A stretch of DNA of 64,000 bases from an uncultured Methanosarcinaceae archaeon. GTDB lineage: Archaea > Halobacteriota > Methanosarcinia > Methanosarcinales > Methanosarcinaceae. Numbering within the stretch: position 1 is the stretch's first letter; each line of letters begins with the position of its first letter. Below are positions 32,531-44,553 of this stretch, in pieces. The notes below the pieces were generated by a model, which did no database searches, was not told the DNA's origin, and saw only the letters and a list, made by a program, of their open reading frames with translations. A program made the position numbers and the translations under genes. The stretch is taken from positions 1 to 64,000 of the forward strand of contig CAVSHT010000008.1 in NCBI GenBank assembly GCA_963727895.1. The letters run 5' to 3'.

Positions 32531-33235
32531 ATGACTGAAAGGAATACATCCACAGATTCTCCGGAAAAACGTGCATCTGGCATTGCTGCATCCCGACTGG
32601 TAGAATCAGGAATGGTAGTAGGGCTCGGAACGGGCTCAACTGTTGCATATACGATAAAAGAACTTGGCAGGCGGGTAAGAGAAGAAGGACTCGAAATACT
32701 CGGCGTTGTAACTTCATACCAGTCTGAAATGCTTGCCATAGAAGCTGGCATTCCTCTAGTAACTCTTGCCCAGTATCCTGAATTGGACATTGCTATTGAC
32801 GGAGCAGACCAGATTGATTCAAAGCTGTATGCAATCAAGGGTGGAGGAGCTGCACATACACGGGAAAAGATAGTATCATCATCAGCAAAACGTTTTTTGG
32901 TTGTAGCCGATGAATCAAAGATAAGTACCCAGCTTGATAAGGTCGTGCCGATCGAAGTTCTCCCCTTTGCAAAAACTCTTGTAATTAAAAGAATTGAGGA
33001 ACTGGGTGGAAAACCAGAATTGAGGTCTGCTCTGAAAAAAGACGGACCTGTAATTACTGACAATGGGAATTTCGTACTTGATGTAAACTTTGGAGTAATA
33101 AATGACCCTGAAAGCCTGGCTCTCCAATTATCTTCAATTCCTGGAGTAGTTGAACATGGAATTTTTTCCAATGTGGATGAACTCTATATAGGAAAAAAAG
33201 ACGGATCAGTGGAGATAGTCCTGAAGAATTCATGA
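32531..33235 (+). CDS. rpiA: Ribose-5-phosphate isomerase A
   Basis: GLGTGST, DGADQ, IKGGGAA..REK, TDNGN, PGVVEHG. Confidence 0.97.
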   Translation: MTERNTSTDSPEKRASGIAASRLVESGMVVGLGTGSTVAYTIKELGRRVREEGLEILGVVTSYQSEMLAIEAGIPLVTLAQYPELDIAIDGADQIDSKLYAIKGGGAAHTREKIVSSSAKRFLVVADESKISTQLDKVVPIEVLPFAKTLVIKRIEELGGKPELRSALKKDGPVITDNGNFVLDVNFGVINDPESLALQLSSIPGVVEHGIFSNVDELYIGKKDGSVEIVLKNS

Positions 33236-33610
33236 GAAATAGAACTTTTCAAAGTTGTCATGGAACAAAATAAGGGCTTCAAGTGTTTTTTCAGATTTTC
33301 ATCGTTCTTAATGAAAATTCTGAAAAATATTGAGGAACATAGTATGTATAGCAGAGGGCTATCTTTCTGAGTTTGTTTTATTTCCTATGTGAAAACACAG
33401 TTTCACCCTTAGGAATTGATGTATAGCCGGTATGTTTTTATAGAAGTATTATCAGTAATTCCTGATCAAATACTGCTTTAGAGAAGCAACTAATAATTTG
33501 TATTTTCAGACTGATCTCGGGCTAAAAGTAACTATAATCCAGGAAAACTTCAAATTATCGAGTAAAAATCTTCGACACAATGCTTCACATTTTAAGGAGG
33601 TTTTGGTTCA

Positions 33611-35257
33611 ATGGAAACAGGTAGTAACCAGCCAATTATAATAATAGATCCTAGAAAAGAGCAGACAAAGGGAAAAGAAGCGCTCAGTATGAATATTGCG
33701 GCTGCAAAAGCAGTAGCCAGCATAGTCAAGAGCACGCTAGGTCCGAGAGGAATGGACAAGATGCTTGTCAATCCTATCGGAGATATTACAATTACAAATG
33801 ACGGTGCAACCATTTTACATGACATGTCCATTGAGCACCCGGCAGCCAAGATGGTAGCGGAAGTTGCAGCATCACTTGAAAGCTCAGTTGGTGATGGAAC
33901 TACAAGTGCTGTTGTGTTCACAGGTAGCCTGCTGGAAAAGGCAGAGAGTCTTATTGAGAGTGGAGTCCACCCGACAATTGTTGTTAAGGGATACAGACTT
34001 GCAGCTGAGAAAGCTGTTGAGTTTTTTGAGAATCTGGCAATTTCAACTGGCGAGAACGAAAAGGAGCTGCTCATAAAAGTTGCAAAAACTTCGATCACGG
34101 GCAAGGCTTCCGAGAAATACAACCGTTTGATTGCGGAACTCTGCGTGGCTGCCGTACTTGCTGTTCGCGAAAGAGGCATAGCTGACCTTAAAGATGTAAT
34201 TATCACAAAAGATGTAGGCGGCAAGATTGAAGATACCGAATTCGTAGAGGGTATTGTACTAAATAAGGTTGCTCTTGACAAAGAATTCTCCCTCAAAATC
34301 AAGAATCCCAGAATCGCCTTGATCGATACTCCTATGGAAATTGCTAAGACTACAAACAAAGCAAAATTGCAGATCAGCGAATATGGCGAGCTTGAGAATT
34401 ATGTAAAGCAAGAAGAAACAGTCTTGTTAGAAATGGCAGATTACATTATCAGGGCAGGCGCAAATGCGGTTTTCTGTTCCAAGGGTATGGATGACAAGAT
34501 CGCGGCTTACCTCCAAAACAGGGGAATTTATGCCACCCGCAGGGTTAAGAATGAGGATATGCAGCACCTTGCAGATGCCACAGGTGGAAGGCCTATTCGC
34601 AATATTAAGGAACTGACCCAGAAAGAACTCGGAGATGCCGGGCTCCTCGAACAAGATCGTGACGGTGACCAGGGTAAAACCTACCTTAGAGACTGCAAAG
34701 GTGCAAAATCCGTATCCCTTGTTCTTAGAGGTGGTACTGAACATGTAGTTGACAATCTTGAGCGTGCAATTGACGACGCCCTCAGAGTTGTAAAATGTGT
34801 AGTAGAAGACGGCAAGCTTGTTGCTGGTGGTGGAGCTTCCGAGATAGAAGTTGCACAAGAGCTTCGGGCATACGCTCCCAGCGTAGGTGGACGCGAACAG
34901 ATGGCAATCAGGATTTTTGCAGATGCCCTTGAAGAAATTCCGAGGACAATTGCCAGAAATGCAGGTCTTGACACTATTGACACAATAGTGAATCTCAGAG
35001 CAAAGCACGCTGAAAACAAAAATGCAGGCCTGAACATTAATACAGGTGCTGCTGAGGATATGCTTGAAAAAGGTATAGTTGATCCCCTCAGGGTTAAGGT
35101 CAACTCCGTCAAAGCCGGTTCCGAAGCTGCAGTAATGGTGCTCCGTGTGGACGATATACTCCGTGCCCAGAGTTCCTCCATGCAGGATGTCAAACCTGAG
35201 CATATGGCAAGTACCTACGACGGCATGGCAGCTCCTGGTCTCAACATGCACAGATAA
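33611..35257 (+). CDS. ths: Thermosome (group II chaperonin) subunit
   Basis: STLGPRGMDKM, TNDGATIL, GDGTTS, LRGGT, GGGASE. Confidence 0.97.
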   Translation: METGSNQPIIIIDPRKEQTKGKEALSMNIAAAKAVASIVKSTLGPRGMDKMLVNPIGDITITNDGATILHDMSIEHPAAKMVAEVAASLESSVGDGTTSAVVFTGSLLEKAESLIESGVHPTIVVKGYRLAAEKAVEFFENLAISTGENEKELLIKVAKTSITGKASEKYNRLIAELCVAAVLAVRERGIADLKDVIITKDVGGKIEDTEFVEGIVLNKVALDKEFSLKIKNPRIALIDTPMEIAKTTNKAKLQISEYGELENYVKQEETVLLEMADYIIRAGANAVFCSKGMDDKIAAYLQNRGIYATRRVKNEDMQHLADATGGRPIRNIKELTQKELGDAGLLEQDRDGDQGKTYLRDCKGAKSVSLVLRGGTEHVVDNLERAIDDALRVVKCVVEDGKLVAGGGASEIEVAQELRAYAPSVGGREQMAIRIFADALEEIPRTIARNAGLDTIDTIVNLRAKHAENKNAGLNINTGAAEDMLEKGIVDPLRVKVNSVKAGSEAAVMVLRVDDILRAQSSSMQDVKPEHMASTYDGMAAPGLNMHR

Positions 35258-35303
35258 AACCTTAGATAAAGTAGTTAGTTAGTAATAAAGATCTCAAAAA
35301 GGC

Positions 35304-35336
35304 AGGCTGCAAACTCTGTTCAGCAGCCTTATTTTT
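35304..35336. terminator. Hairpin plus T-tract between convergent genes
   Basis: AGGCTGC...GCAGCCT followed by TATTTTT. Confidence 0.45.
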
Positions 35337-35373
35337 AATATTTTTACGTTTTAAATGGAATATTCATGCCTGA

Positions 35374-36045
35374 TTAAATTTCTCCGTAAAACTGCCTGTA
35401 ATCTTCAATTGCTTTTTTCGCCTGGGCAGGAAATTCTTTTTTCATATATTCAATGAATTCGTCCCTTGATTGAATATCCTTGAGGACTTCAAGCATACGG
35501 GCAGCAAATTTTTTTGATTCCATACTTCCTTTACGGAGTTCAAAAGAGAGGCAAAGAGCTTCTTTAGGAAAGTACTTTCTTCGAATCCAGGGAGAAACTG
35601 AGCCAAGAAGTACTCCGTCTTTTAAGATACTATAAGCTGGTACCCCTATGAGTTCGAATCTATCCTTTCCTGCCAGTTTTTCAAGGTTTTCGCTGAAATA
35701 GGAATGAAGTTCAATATATATATTGGGCTTTAACTCTTCAATAGCCTTGATAATCTTTTTTCCGATTCTAAGATAGTACCCAGGATTCAAGGTTGAAATA
35801 TACTTTCCCCGGTCTACAAGTGGAATTAAAGCCAGAGTCCCGGTTTCTGGTGGCTTTATGCCACTCAGAAGTCCAGTCGTATCTTGCCATTCGTCCCCGT
35901 GAAGACCTGCAACAAAGAGTCTGACTGGCTTTCCACTACCGTAAACTTTCATCCAGGCATCAGGTTGTAATTCTTGAAGCTTTTCTATGCATTCATGGCT
36001 TCGGGAAAAAGAATTTCTTGAATTCTCTATATCGTCATTGTTCAT
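35374..36045 (-). CDS. DUF2119-type Zn-peptidase-like protein
   Basis: LFVAGLHGDEW, YISTL, YIELHSY, GSVSP; start at ATG 36045 after GAGGT. Confidence 0.8.
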   Translation of the reverse strand: MNNDDIENSRNSFSRSHECIEKLQELQPDAWMKVYGSGKPVRLFVAGLHGDEWQDTTGLLSGIKPPETGTLALIPLVDRGKYISTLNPGYYLRIGKKIIKAIEELKPNIYIELHSYFSENLEKLAGKDRFELIGVPAYSILKDGVLLGSVSPWIRRKYFPKEALCLSFELRKGSMESKKFAARMLEVLKDIQSRDEFIEYMKKEFPAQAKKAIEDYRQFYGEI

Positions 36046-36067
36046 CTGTTTTAATACCTCAGACCTC

Positions 36068-36766
36068 TTATTCTTCGGGCTGAGCTTCTTTGAGAGGTTC
36101 TTCTTCAAGCAGAGGTTTTCTGGTGACCACATAGATTTCCTGCTTCTTGGGATTGATAACCTGCTGAATTTCAAGCCCGAGATTTTCTATTTTGCTCAGG
36201 ATGGGTTTAGGATTCTTCTTTGTTGGTATTTTAATAACCTGAAGAAGCTTTCCCCCGGGTTTCAGCAGAGGCAGAACTCTCGAGAGAGCTTTGATTGAAT
36301 CCTCAGGCTCCAGTGTCATATCTGAAAGAATAACATCTACAGGCTCTTCAAAAAGTGAATTCAGAGGAATAGTAAAAACGTCTCCAAACATAATCTCAAC
36401 GTTTTCTTTTTCATATGCAATTTTTCCAAGTTCGCTTCTGAAGTCCTTGCTAAATTCAATACCTTTTATATGGCCTACAATTTCCGCGGCAAAAATAAGA
36501 AAACCTCCCGCGCTGGATCCAAGGTCAAGCACATTATCCCCCGGTTTAAGGATCTCAGTTTCATCCTGAATTCGTTTGAGTTTGAAATAACCCTGAGGTT
36601 GGTCCAGACCCTCAGTAACTTCAATAACATCTTCAGTAGAAACATCTCTCGATACCTTTGTTACTGTCGTGCCGTTAACCTTAACGTTTCCGTCAAGAAT
36701 AGCCGTTTTAGCTCTCCCTCTTGATTTGAAATAACCCATATCTACAAGGTATGCATCCAGTCTCAT
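36068..36766 (-). CDS. S4-domain FtsJ/TlyA-like RNA methyltransferase
   Basis: MRLDAYLV..SR..AK..I..G.V (S4) and VLDLGSSAGGF. Confidence 0.9.
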   Translation of the reverse strand: MRLDAYLVDMGYFKSRGRAKTAILDGNVKVNGTTVTKVSRDVSTEDVIEVTEGLDQPQGYFKLKRIQDETEILKPGDNVLDLGSSAGGFLIFAAEIVGHIKGIEFSKDFRSELGKIAYEKENVEIMFGDVFTIPLNSLFEEPVDVILSDMTLEPEDSIKALSRVLPLLKPGGKLLQVIKIPTKKNPKPILSKIENLGLEIQQVINPKKQEIYVVTRKPLLEEEPLKEAQPEE

Positions 36767-36980
36767 GGGGCATTGTATCGGCAGAGCTTGTATATATAGA
36801 TAACAAGTAAGTGCTCAGAGAAATAGAAAATAAATGGTCACATGGTAAAAATCGGTAGAAAGGATACTAAAACCATGATAACATTCAGTTGGTTAACCGG
36901 ACTATAAAATAAGCAGGCTGTTTGAGGGATATCATTGGCATATAATATTCTATACGTTTACCCTGATAAACACTTCTATC

Positions 36981-37171
36981 GGCTCTGTAGAAATCTTAAT
37001 ATTCAGGCAAAAATCAAAGTTAACAATAATTCAAAGAGTACTCTCACTTGTTGTATAGATTTGTTGGTTTCAATCTACTAACAGTGGATTTGAGAGTTTT
37101 TCTACAGATCCATTAGTTAATTCAGTTAAAATTAATGAAAACTTTTCGTATCAGAGGATTTCTACAGAGCC
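36981..37171. mobile_element. MITE (191 bp)
   Basis: 15-bp perfect TIR GGCTCTGTAGAAATC; an additional degenerate right end at ~37098-37111; no TSD. Confidence 0.75.
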
Positions 37172-37381
37172 AAAATTTTAAAAACTGAGTTTTTACTTAA
37201 CGCGTAATTTGTTGAATTGTTCGTAAATTCTTGGTGGTTACAAAAAGGGAAATTTAATCAAAAATTGGATTTTAAAGTTAATTTTCGTTGTAGATATATT
37301 TTTATTGAAAACTATTTGAACTATTAATAATATTAGTTAAATATAAAATATTTTTCTTATTTATGGTATATATATATTAAA

Positions 37382-38123
37382 GGTATTGTTAACTAAACAT
37401 AGTTAACTTTTTATTTCTGTATTTCATCAATAGAATAACCGAGTACTTTAGCATTTCAATATCTTCGTATAACACTTTGTCTCTTTCTTCTCAATCTTGC
37501 CAGAAAGTGCCTCAATATGCTGTTATATCCTTCAACAGTATACGTTTCTGCTTTTGATTGAGTATGGATCTTTTTTGGAATAAACTCTGCATATGCTCTC
37601 CAGTGATCTGTCATCACTTCTCCAATCTCTTTTTTCTTCAATTTTTCCCAGAGTAGTTTTCCAGTTTCCGTTCCTCTGCTACCAAAAGAGCAGTTGATGA
37701 ACTTTTTCCCAACTCTATCAACAGCAATCCAGATCCAGCAATACTTTTTTTGTTACCGATGTACGTGTGCATTTCATCCATTTCAACAATAGATATCTCA
37801 TTTTCACTTTTTAGGTCCTCTAACTCCTGACCAAATTTCTTTATCCATCTTTGGACAGAAACATGATTCACCCCTAAAAATCTTCCTATTGAACGAAAGC
37901 CCAATCCTTCAAGGTAAAGTTGTAAAGCCTGTCTTTTTACAGAAGCGGAAAAAGCAGTTGATTTTAGCTCTACCGTATAGTTATAGCCACAATCAGAGCA
38001 TTTGTACCGTTGACGCCCGCCAACTATACCATTATTTTTATGAATTGGAACTTTTGCATCTGGGGCAGTTCATGCAGAAATATAGGTTCTCATAATAAAT
38101 ACCTATATTTAAGTATCAATACC
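37382..38123 (-). mobile_element. IS1-family element, degraded
   Basis: IS1 ends; stop in insA and frameshift in insB; no TSD. Confidence 0.93.
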
Positions 38124-38343
38124 TAATATAAATATGTATTGAATTATATATGAAAAAGTTCTACGAGAAAGATCTTGTATTCCAACTTAAAAATATTTTG
38201 AAAATTCTACGTATTAAAATTATAATGTACATACTTTTCAACATGTTTCCATAAATAAAAAATAATTTTTTTGAAAAATAGGAGAGATTTTGTGCTTTAA
38301 AGCCCGTAGGTAAAAAAATTTCAGACAAGTGAAAAGAAAATAT

Positions 38344-39083
38344 GGCATTGTTAATTAAACATAGTTAACTCTTTATTTCTGTATTTCATCAATAGAATAA
38401 CCGAGTACTTTAGCATTTCAAGACTTTTTGTATAACACTTTGTCTTTCTTCTCAATCTTGCTAGAAAATGCCTCAATATGCTGTTATATCCCTCAACTGT
38501 AAATGTTTCTGCTTTTGATTGAGTATGACTCTTTTCTGGAAGAAACTCTGCATATGCTCTCCAGTGATCTGTCATTACTTCTCCAATCTCTTTTTTCTTC
38601 ACTTTTTCCCAGAGTAGTTTTCCAGTTTCTGTTCCTCTGCTACCAAAAGAGCAGTTGATGAACTTTTTCCCAACTCTATCAACAGCAATCCAGATCCAGC
38701 AATATTTTTTTTGTTACCGATGTAAGTGTGCATTTCATCCATTTCAACAATAGATATCTCATTTTCACTTTTTAGGTCCTCTAACTCCTGACCAAATTTC
38801 TTTATCCATCTTTGGACAGAAACATGACTCACCCCTAAAAATCGTCCTATTGAACGAAAGCCCAATCCTTCAAGATAGAGTTGTAAAGCCTGTCTTTTTA
38901 CAAAAGCGGAAAAAGCAGTTGATTTTAGCTCTACTGTATAGTTATAGCCACAATCAGAGCATTTGTACCGTTGACGCCCGCCAACTATACCGTTCTTTTT
39001 GTGACTGGAACTATTGCATCTGGGGCAGTTCATGAAGAAATATACTTTCTAATAGTATATAACTATGTTTAAGTATCAAAGCC
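38344..39083 (-). mobile_element. IS1-family element, apparently intact (insA 38599..39033; insB reached by -1 frameshift at A8)
   Basis: MNCPRC...YKCSDC Zn ribbon plus HTH; 8-bp TSD GAAAATAT. Confidence 0.96.
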
Positions 39084-39203
39084 GAAAATATATCTACGAA
39101 AAAAAGCCAACTGAAAAAAAGTAAAATAAAAGCACACTGAATCTTAGTTTTGACGGTAATATTGATAATCGTAAGTATAAAAATAGTTTTTACTTTTTAA
39201 ATA

Positions 39204-41843
39204 TTACCTTTTATCTTCGAATCTGATAGTGTATTTTGTTTCGTTCTCCTTTTCAAGCTCGATTGTTCCTTTAATTTGTTCAACGAGAGCATTTACAAGT
39301 TGCAAGCCCAGAGTTTCTGAATTTTTGAAATCTACTTTTTGAGGAAAATGAGCACCGTTATCCGAGTAGGTCAAGAGTAAAACTTGAAGGTAGCTCTGTA
39401 AGCTCTTTTTCTGAAGTTTCACCTATTTTTTGGCATTCTGCTTCATTTTGACAAAGGGAAATTCGGATCATTCCTTCAGTACCTTTTGAAAAAGCATATT
39501 TAAGGGAATTTGAGAAAAGTTCATTAATTATAATTCCCAGTGGAACTGCTGTATCAATTCCAAGAAGCGTACTGTCAACTTCAAGGATAAGCCTGATCTT
39601 CTCATCTCCGGTTTTATAAGAATTCAGGATGTCCGCAGTCAATTTCTTAAGGTATGCTGCAAAATCAATACTTGACGCATCCTCTGACTTATAAAGCTCT
39701 TCATGAATAATGGACATGGAAATTACACGGTTTTCGCTTTCCCGAAACGCTTCAACAACTCCTTTATCATCGAACTTGTCAGCCTGAAGGCTGAGCAGGG
39801 ATGACACTATCTGAAGGTTATTCTTTATCCGATGGTGGATTTCTCTCATGCCAATTTTCTCGGCTTTCTCAAGGGTTTCCTCAACTTTTTTTCTCTGGGT
39901 AATTTCATAGGCATATCCCTGGATAAATATCGGTTTCTCCTGAAGCATTGCAAACATTGTGGATTAATTCATGGATCCATCTTACACTTCCATCCTTTCC
40001 GCCTGAGCCTGTATTCATGCTCCATGATCGAGTTTGACGACGAATTCATTTTTTCCATACATTTCTCAAGCATATGCATATCTTCAGGATCAATAAGACT
40101 ATATAATTTTATTCGGCCTGAGGTAAAGTCGTCTTCGGAATACCCTGTTATTTCCTCGACAGCTCCTTCCATTAACAGTGGGCTAAAATCACTCTTCAGC
40201 TTAAATGAAATTCCTTTGAAATTCTGTAAAAATGACCTGTAGAGTTCTTCGCTTTCCCTCAGTTTTTCTGAAGACTGTTTAATTTCGGTAACGTCTTCCA
40301 TTACCCCAAGAGCTCTGCACATACAGTCTTCTTCGTCCCGCAGATATACTCCTTTATTTTTTACACAAAAATATCTTCCATCCTTTCGCTTGAACCTGAA
40401 TTCTTCATTGAACTTTTCTCCTGTATTCCAGCAATTTTTCAATGTCTGCTGCACTCTTTTATAATCTTCAGGATGAATATGTTCAAGCCAGTCGTAATAA
40501 TCCAGTTTTTTAATTTCGTTATTATTGTAACCAGTAAGCTCTGTGACTGCCCCCGCCCATTCTACATTACCGTTTTTCATGTCAATATCATATATCAGCT
40601 GCCCTGTTTGTTCTGCAATAATCCGATATCTCTCTTCGCTTTTTTGTAACTGATCTTCTATATTTTTGCGCCCTGTAATATCAAGCATAACTCCTATGAG
40701 CCCTTCTACAGTCCCACAAAAACTGTTGTATACGGCTTTATTGAAAATGAAATCCCTTTTGATCCCGTCAGAACACATTACTTTTGCTTCGTAAGTATGA
40801 CTTCCTCCCTTTTGGAATAACTGCTTGTCCATTCTTTCATAAATTTCCTCAAGTTCTGAAGAGCTTTCTTCGTAAAGATCGTATGTTGAACGTCCGATTA
40901 TTTTTTCTTTTGAACTTCCAATAATCATTTTTGCAAAAAGCTCATTACAGCCCTGATAAATACCTTCCCGATTTTTGTAAAATACAGGAGCTGGAATAGT
41001 ATCCAGCAGTGTTCTCATGAAATGAACTTTGTCTAAAAGTGCGGTTTCCACGTCATTTCGTTGAATTACAAATGAGAGAATTAATGCAGTAGCATTCAGG
41101 AAACAAGCATCTTCATTGGTAAACCTTTCCTTTTTTGTACTGTGAACTGTCAGCACTCCATACGGCTTTTCGATATTTCCAATGAGTACACTTATTCCAC
41201 TAATTATATCCTGGGACTCTTCAAAACCCATTGCCTTGAGAGTATTTTTCCTATTCAGCTTTTCTATAAAAATAGGTCGGCTTGAAAGTACAGTATATCC
41301 TGCTCTTGAAGCCGAATCTTTTTTAATGATTCTGCCTGTATTTTCTGGTTTCCAGCCAATTCCTGCCTCAAAGATAAAGTTTCCATCAGGCAAAAGTTTT
41401 AGAATGCTGCAATATTCTACACCAAGCATGGATGCAACTAAATGAAGAGTCTGATCAAACAAAGTCTGAAAATCGGAGGATTTGAGAAACAGATTTGAAA
41501 TTTGAGAAAGTGATTCATGTTCTCTTTTTCTTAAAAGTAGTTTTTTTTCAGTTTTTTTGAGAGAAGTGACCTCAAATGCAGATACAGCTACGCTTTTGCA
41601 GGTAAGTAAAGGAGTGAAAACTAGTGAATAAATTTTCTCGCCTGTTTTCAGTTCAGTCTGTAAGGGTTTCTTTCGGGTTATTGCTTGCCAAGCAGTCTTT
41701 CGGATTTCATCAGGTGCTTTATCTCCAATATTGATTTTAAGAGCTTCAAGTAATGATTTTCCTGCCCTATTTGCGTAAAGAATCATTCCTTCTGTTCCGA
41801 TTTTCAGGATAGGGCCAGGGCTATTTAACAGAAATTCTCCCAT
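39204..41843 (-). pseudogene. GAF/PAS sensor histidine kinase (HisKA_2 type) with three frameshifts
   Basis: PAS and GAF domains, EIHHRIKNNLQ, NELFSNSLKY, SDNG, LGLQLV; frame breaks at ~39997, ~39937 and ~39375. Confidence 0.9.
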
Positions 41844-42320
41844 CCAGTTATCTTCTGTTCCCTCGCCCAGATTGTCATTTCGATTTATACCAGGACCCCC
41901 GTCCCTTATTTTATAAACTCATATGAATAAGTTGTTTATCAATATTAGAGTTTATACAAAAAGTTTAGACTATATATAATAATTTGAATATGATATATAT
42001 TTTAAGTGCTAGTTGTCTTTTATCTGTAAATCCTTATAACATATTAATATTATGATAATCACTTAGGAATAAATTGTGTATGTTTTTAAATAAAAGTCCA
42101 ATTTACACATAGAATTATTTTTCCTGCGTTTATAATAATTCTAGCATTTATCAATTTACTATTCTATCAAAATCTACAGCAATATCCTGAAAATGTTATG
42201 TTTAATAGTGGCACACATACTAACATATTTAAAAGAAATATATAATAAAAACATCCAAATAATATAAAAACAAGTATTGAAATCAAGATTAAAGCTTAAA
42301 ACTGTGAGGAATGTATTTTA

Positions 42321-42491
42321 ATGGACGATCTTAATCTACTCAAGAGAAAACTTGATTATATGACTATACCTGAGCTTTTTGAATACGTAAAGGAACATTA
42401 CCCTGAAAATGAAGAACTATGGGTAGGTCCCAAAAAATTAATCATCAGAAAAATTCTGAACTTTGAAAGAAATAAGATGAACGAAGAATAA
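42321..42491 (+). CDS. Small hypothetical protein (56 aa)
   Basis: Hand translation MDDLNLLKRKLDYMTIPELFEYVKEHYPENEELWVGPKKLIIRKILNFERNKMNEE; GAGGA RBS. Confidence 0.7.
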   Translation: MDDLNLLKRKLDYMTIPELFEYVKEHYPENEELWVGPKKLIIRKILNFERNKMNEE

Positions 42492-42604
42492 ACTTGAAGA
42501 GCTGATTCAGTAACTAGAGAAACTGTTTTTAGTTTTTTTAAAATTTTCAAAATTTTTTTGCGTTTTAAGTTGAGGTATTTACACATTTTCTATTTTTAGT
42601 TATA

Positions 42605-42734
42605 GAGCTCATCCCAAAAGTAGTTTTTATTCAACATCAACAATAATTTCAAAACCATTTTCCGCATCATAAGGTTTATTGATTATTTCAAATTCCAGAT
42701 ATGGTGACATAACTCTAAGTTTTGGGATAGGCTC
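42605..42734. mobile_element. MITE (130 bp)
   Basis: Ends GAGCTCATCCCAAAA / TTTTGGGATAGGCTC. Confidence 0.85.
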
Positions 42735-43251
42735 ATAGAGAAATCTCTGAAATTACCTCCCTTAAAATAATGAGCTTACGAAAGATAAATATTTGCTGGA
42801 AATGTGATTTTTATGCACACCTTTCATTTATATGAGACTACAAATTGGTCTGCTTTGTAGTGTACCTTTCGAGTATTTTATTTTATAATTAATTACAGAA
42901 TTTCTGAGAGATTAAGTTATAACGTCTCTTGTAACTCTAAATTATTTTGAATCATTTAATTCTTTTTTATTCGTGGCTTTTAAAAATGAAAAATTCTATT
43001 AGTAGTATCATGGTATGTACTCTACATGTATTCTTCCTTGCCTGAAACCTTTCGACTTCACAATACCATTTAATTCCTCTACGATATCTTCAATTTTTCA
43101 GGCTTTTTTACTAAATCTTTTCTTTTTCCTTCATGCATATTCAGCATAATAGTCAACAGTTTAATTGCTCCTTTGCCAGTGTTATTAGAGATAACTATTA
43201 TAAAATAACCACATATTAAAATAGTTTGTATTTATAAATTATTTTAATATT

Positions 43252-44097
43252 ATGCAATTAGAATACGAAAAATATCCCTGGCTATTTAGAATAAATTCAA
43301 GAAGAGTTAAGTACAAAATAAAACTACTTTCTCATTACAATGTTCTCTATTATCTTGAAACTCATTTAGTAGACCATTGTAATTTGAACTGTAAAGGTTG
43401 TCTTCATTTTAGTCCATTATGCCCACCAAAGTTCACAGATTTTAATCAGTTTTCTAGAGATATCACCAGATTATCGGAAATTTTTAAAAAAATAAAGATG
43501 TTTCGATTACTAGGTGGAGAATCTTTATTACACCCAGAAATACTTAAATGTATATTATTTTCAAGAGAAAAATTACCGACATCTGATATCCATCTAGTGA
43601 CCAATGGACTGTTGCTCCCGAAAATGACTCCTTTATTTTGGAAAACAATAGCAGATCCTAAAGTCACTATTGATGTTACTGCGTATCCTAAAGTACCTGT
43701 AAAAGTAGATGTTATAAAAGCTTCTGCAAAGAAATATGATATAAAACTAAACATTTATTTTCCAACAAGTTTCTATAAAATATCAAAAAATTTTAATGGC
43801 GATTGCAATACTAAAAAGTCATTAGATATATGTCGTACACATTTCTATTGTCCTTTCCTTCATGAAGGGCATATATATTTATGTGCACATATGACAATGT
43901 TAAAAGAACTATGTGAGACTTCACCTATCCCACTTCCAAATGTAAAATCAATTGATGGAATTAATATCCATGAAAATATTAATGGGAAGGATATTATTAA
44001 TTATACAATGAAACCTGCATCGTATTGTGGTTTTTGTGACTGGACAAAATACAGTTATTTTCCGTGGGACGTTAGCAAACGAAAAGAAGAAGAATAG
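43252..44097 (+). CDS. Radical SAM protein (low GC)
   Basis: HCNLNCKGC (CxxxCxxC), LLGGES, VTNG, C-terminal Cys cluster. Confidence 0.9.
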   Translation: MQLEYEKYPWLFRINSRRVKYKIKLLSHYNVLYYLETHLVDHCNLNCKGCLHFSPLCPPKFTDFNQFSRDITRLSEIFKKIKMFRLLGGESLLHPEILKCILFSREKLPTSDIHLVTNGLLLPKMTPLFWKTIADPKVTIDVTAYPKVPVKVDVIKASAKKYDIKLNIYFPTSFYKISKNFNGDCNTKKSLDICRTHFYCPFLHEGHIYLCAHMTMLKELCETSPIPLPNVKSIDGINIHENINGKDIINYTMKPASYCGFCDWTKYSYFPWDVSKRKEEE

Positions 44098-44286
44098 CTT
44101 GTTTAAAATGGTAAAATTTACATTGTCACACTTCGCTATAAGAAACAGGGTATTCAGCTGAAATAAATTTTCTTTTCGAAAAAATACTGCTGAATTTATA
44201 AATTTTAGATTCAATAGAAGATTTTTATGATCTTTTACACAAAAAACTGCGTGGATTTTTATTACCATAGATTATAGTATTCATAT

Positions 44287-44416
44287 GAGCCTATCCCAAA
44301 ACTCAATATTGCTTATCTGAATCCTATATTCCGGATAACCAATCGAGTCTCAGATCACGAAAAACAATTCTAAAAATTTATTGATCTGAGTCTAAAATTG
44401 GTTTTGGGATGAGCTC
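44287..44416. mobile_element. MITE (130 bp), same family as 42605..42734, inverted
   Basis: Ends GAGCCTATCCCAAAA / TTTTGGGATGAGCTC. Confidence 0.85.
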
Positions 44417-44553
44417 ATATATTAATTTATCACACAGTATAAAATAAAATATAAATCTATTATTTAACAAAAAGCTGGGGAAATTTTTGAGTTCCACAGC
44501 AAACTGCAGGGAATTAAACTGAAATAATAACAGCTAAAAAGATTTTGGCAATA

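Noticed and set aside
33592..35251. Long antisense ORFs over the thermosome gene (also 23740..24507, 32500..33171, 49524..50078)
   Set aside because: Shadow ORFs opposite well-conserved genes, with no protein motifs
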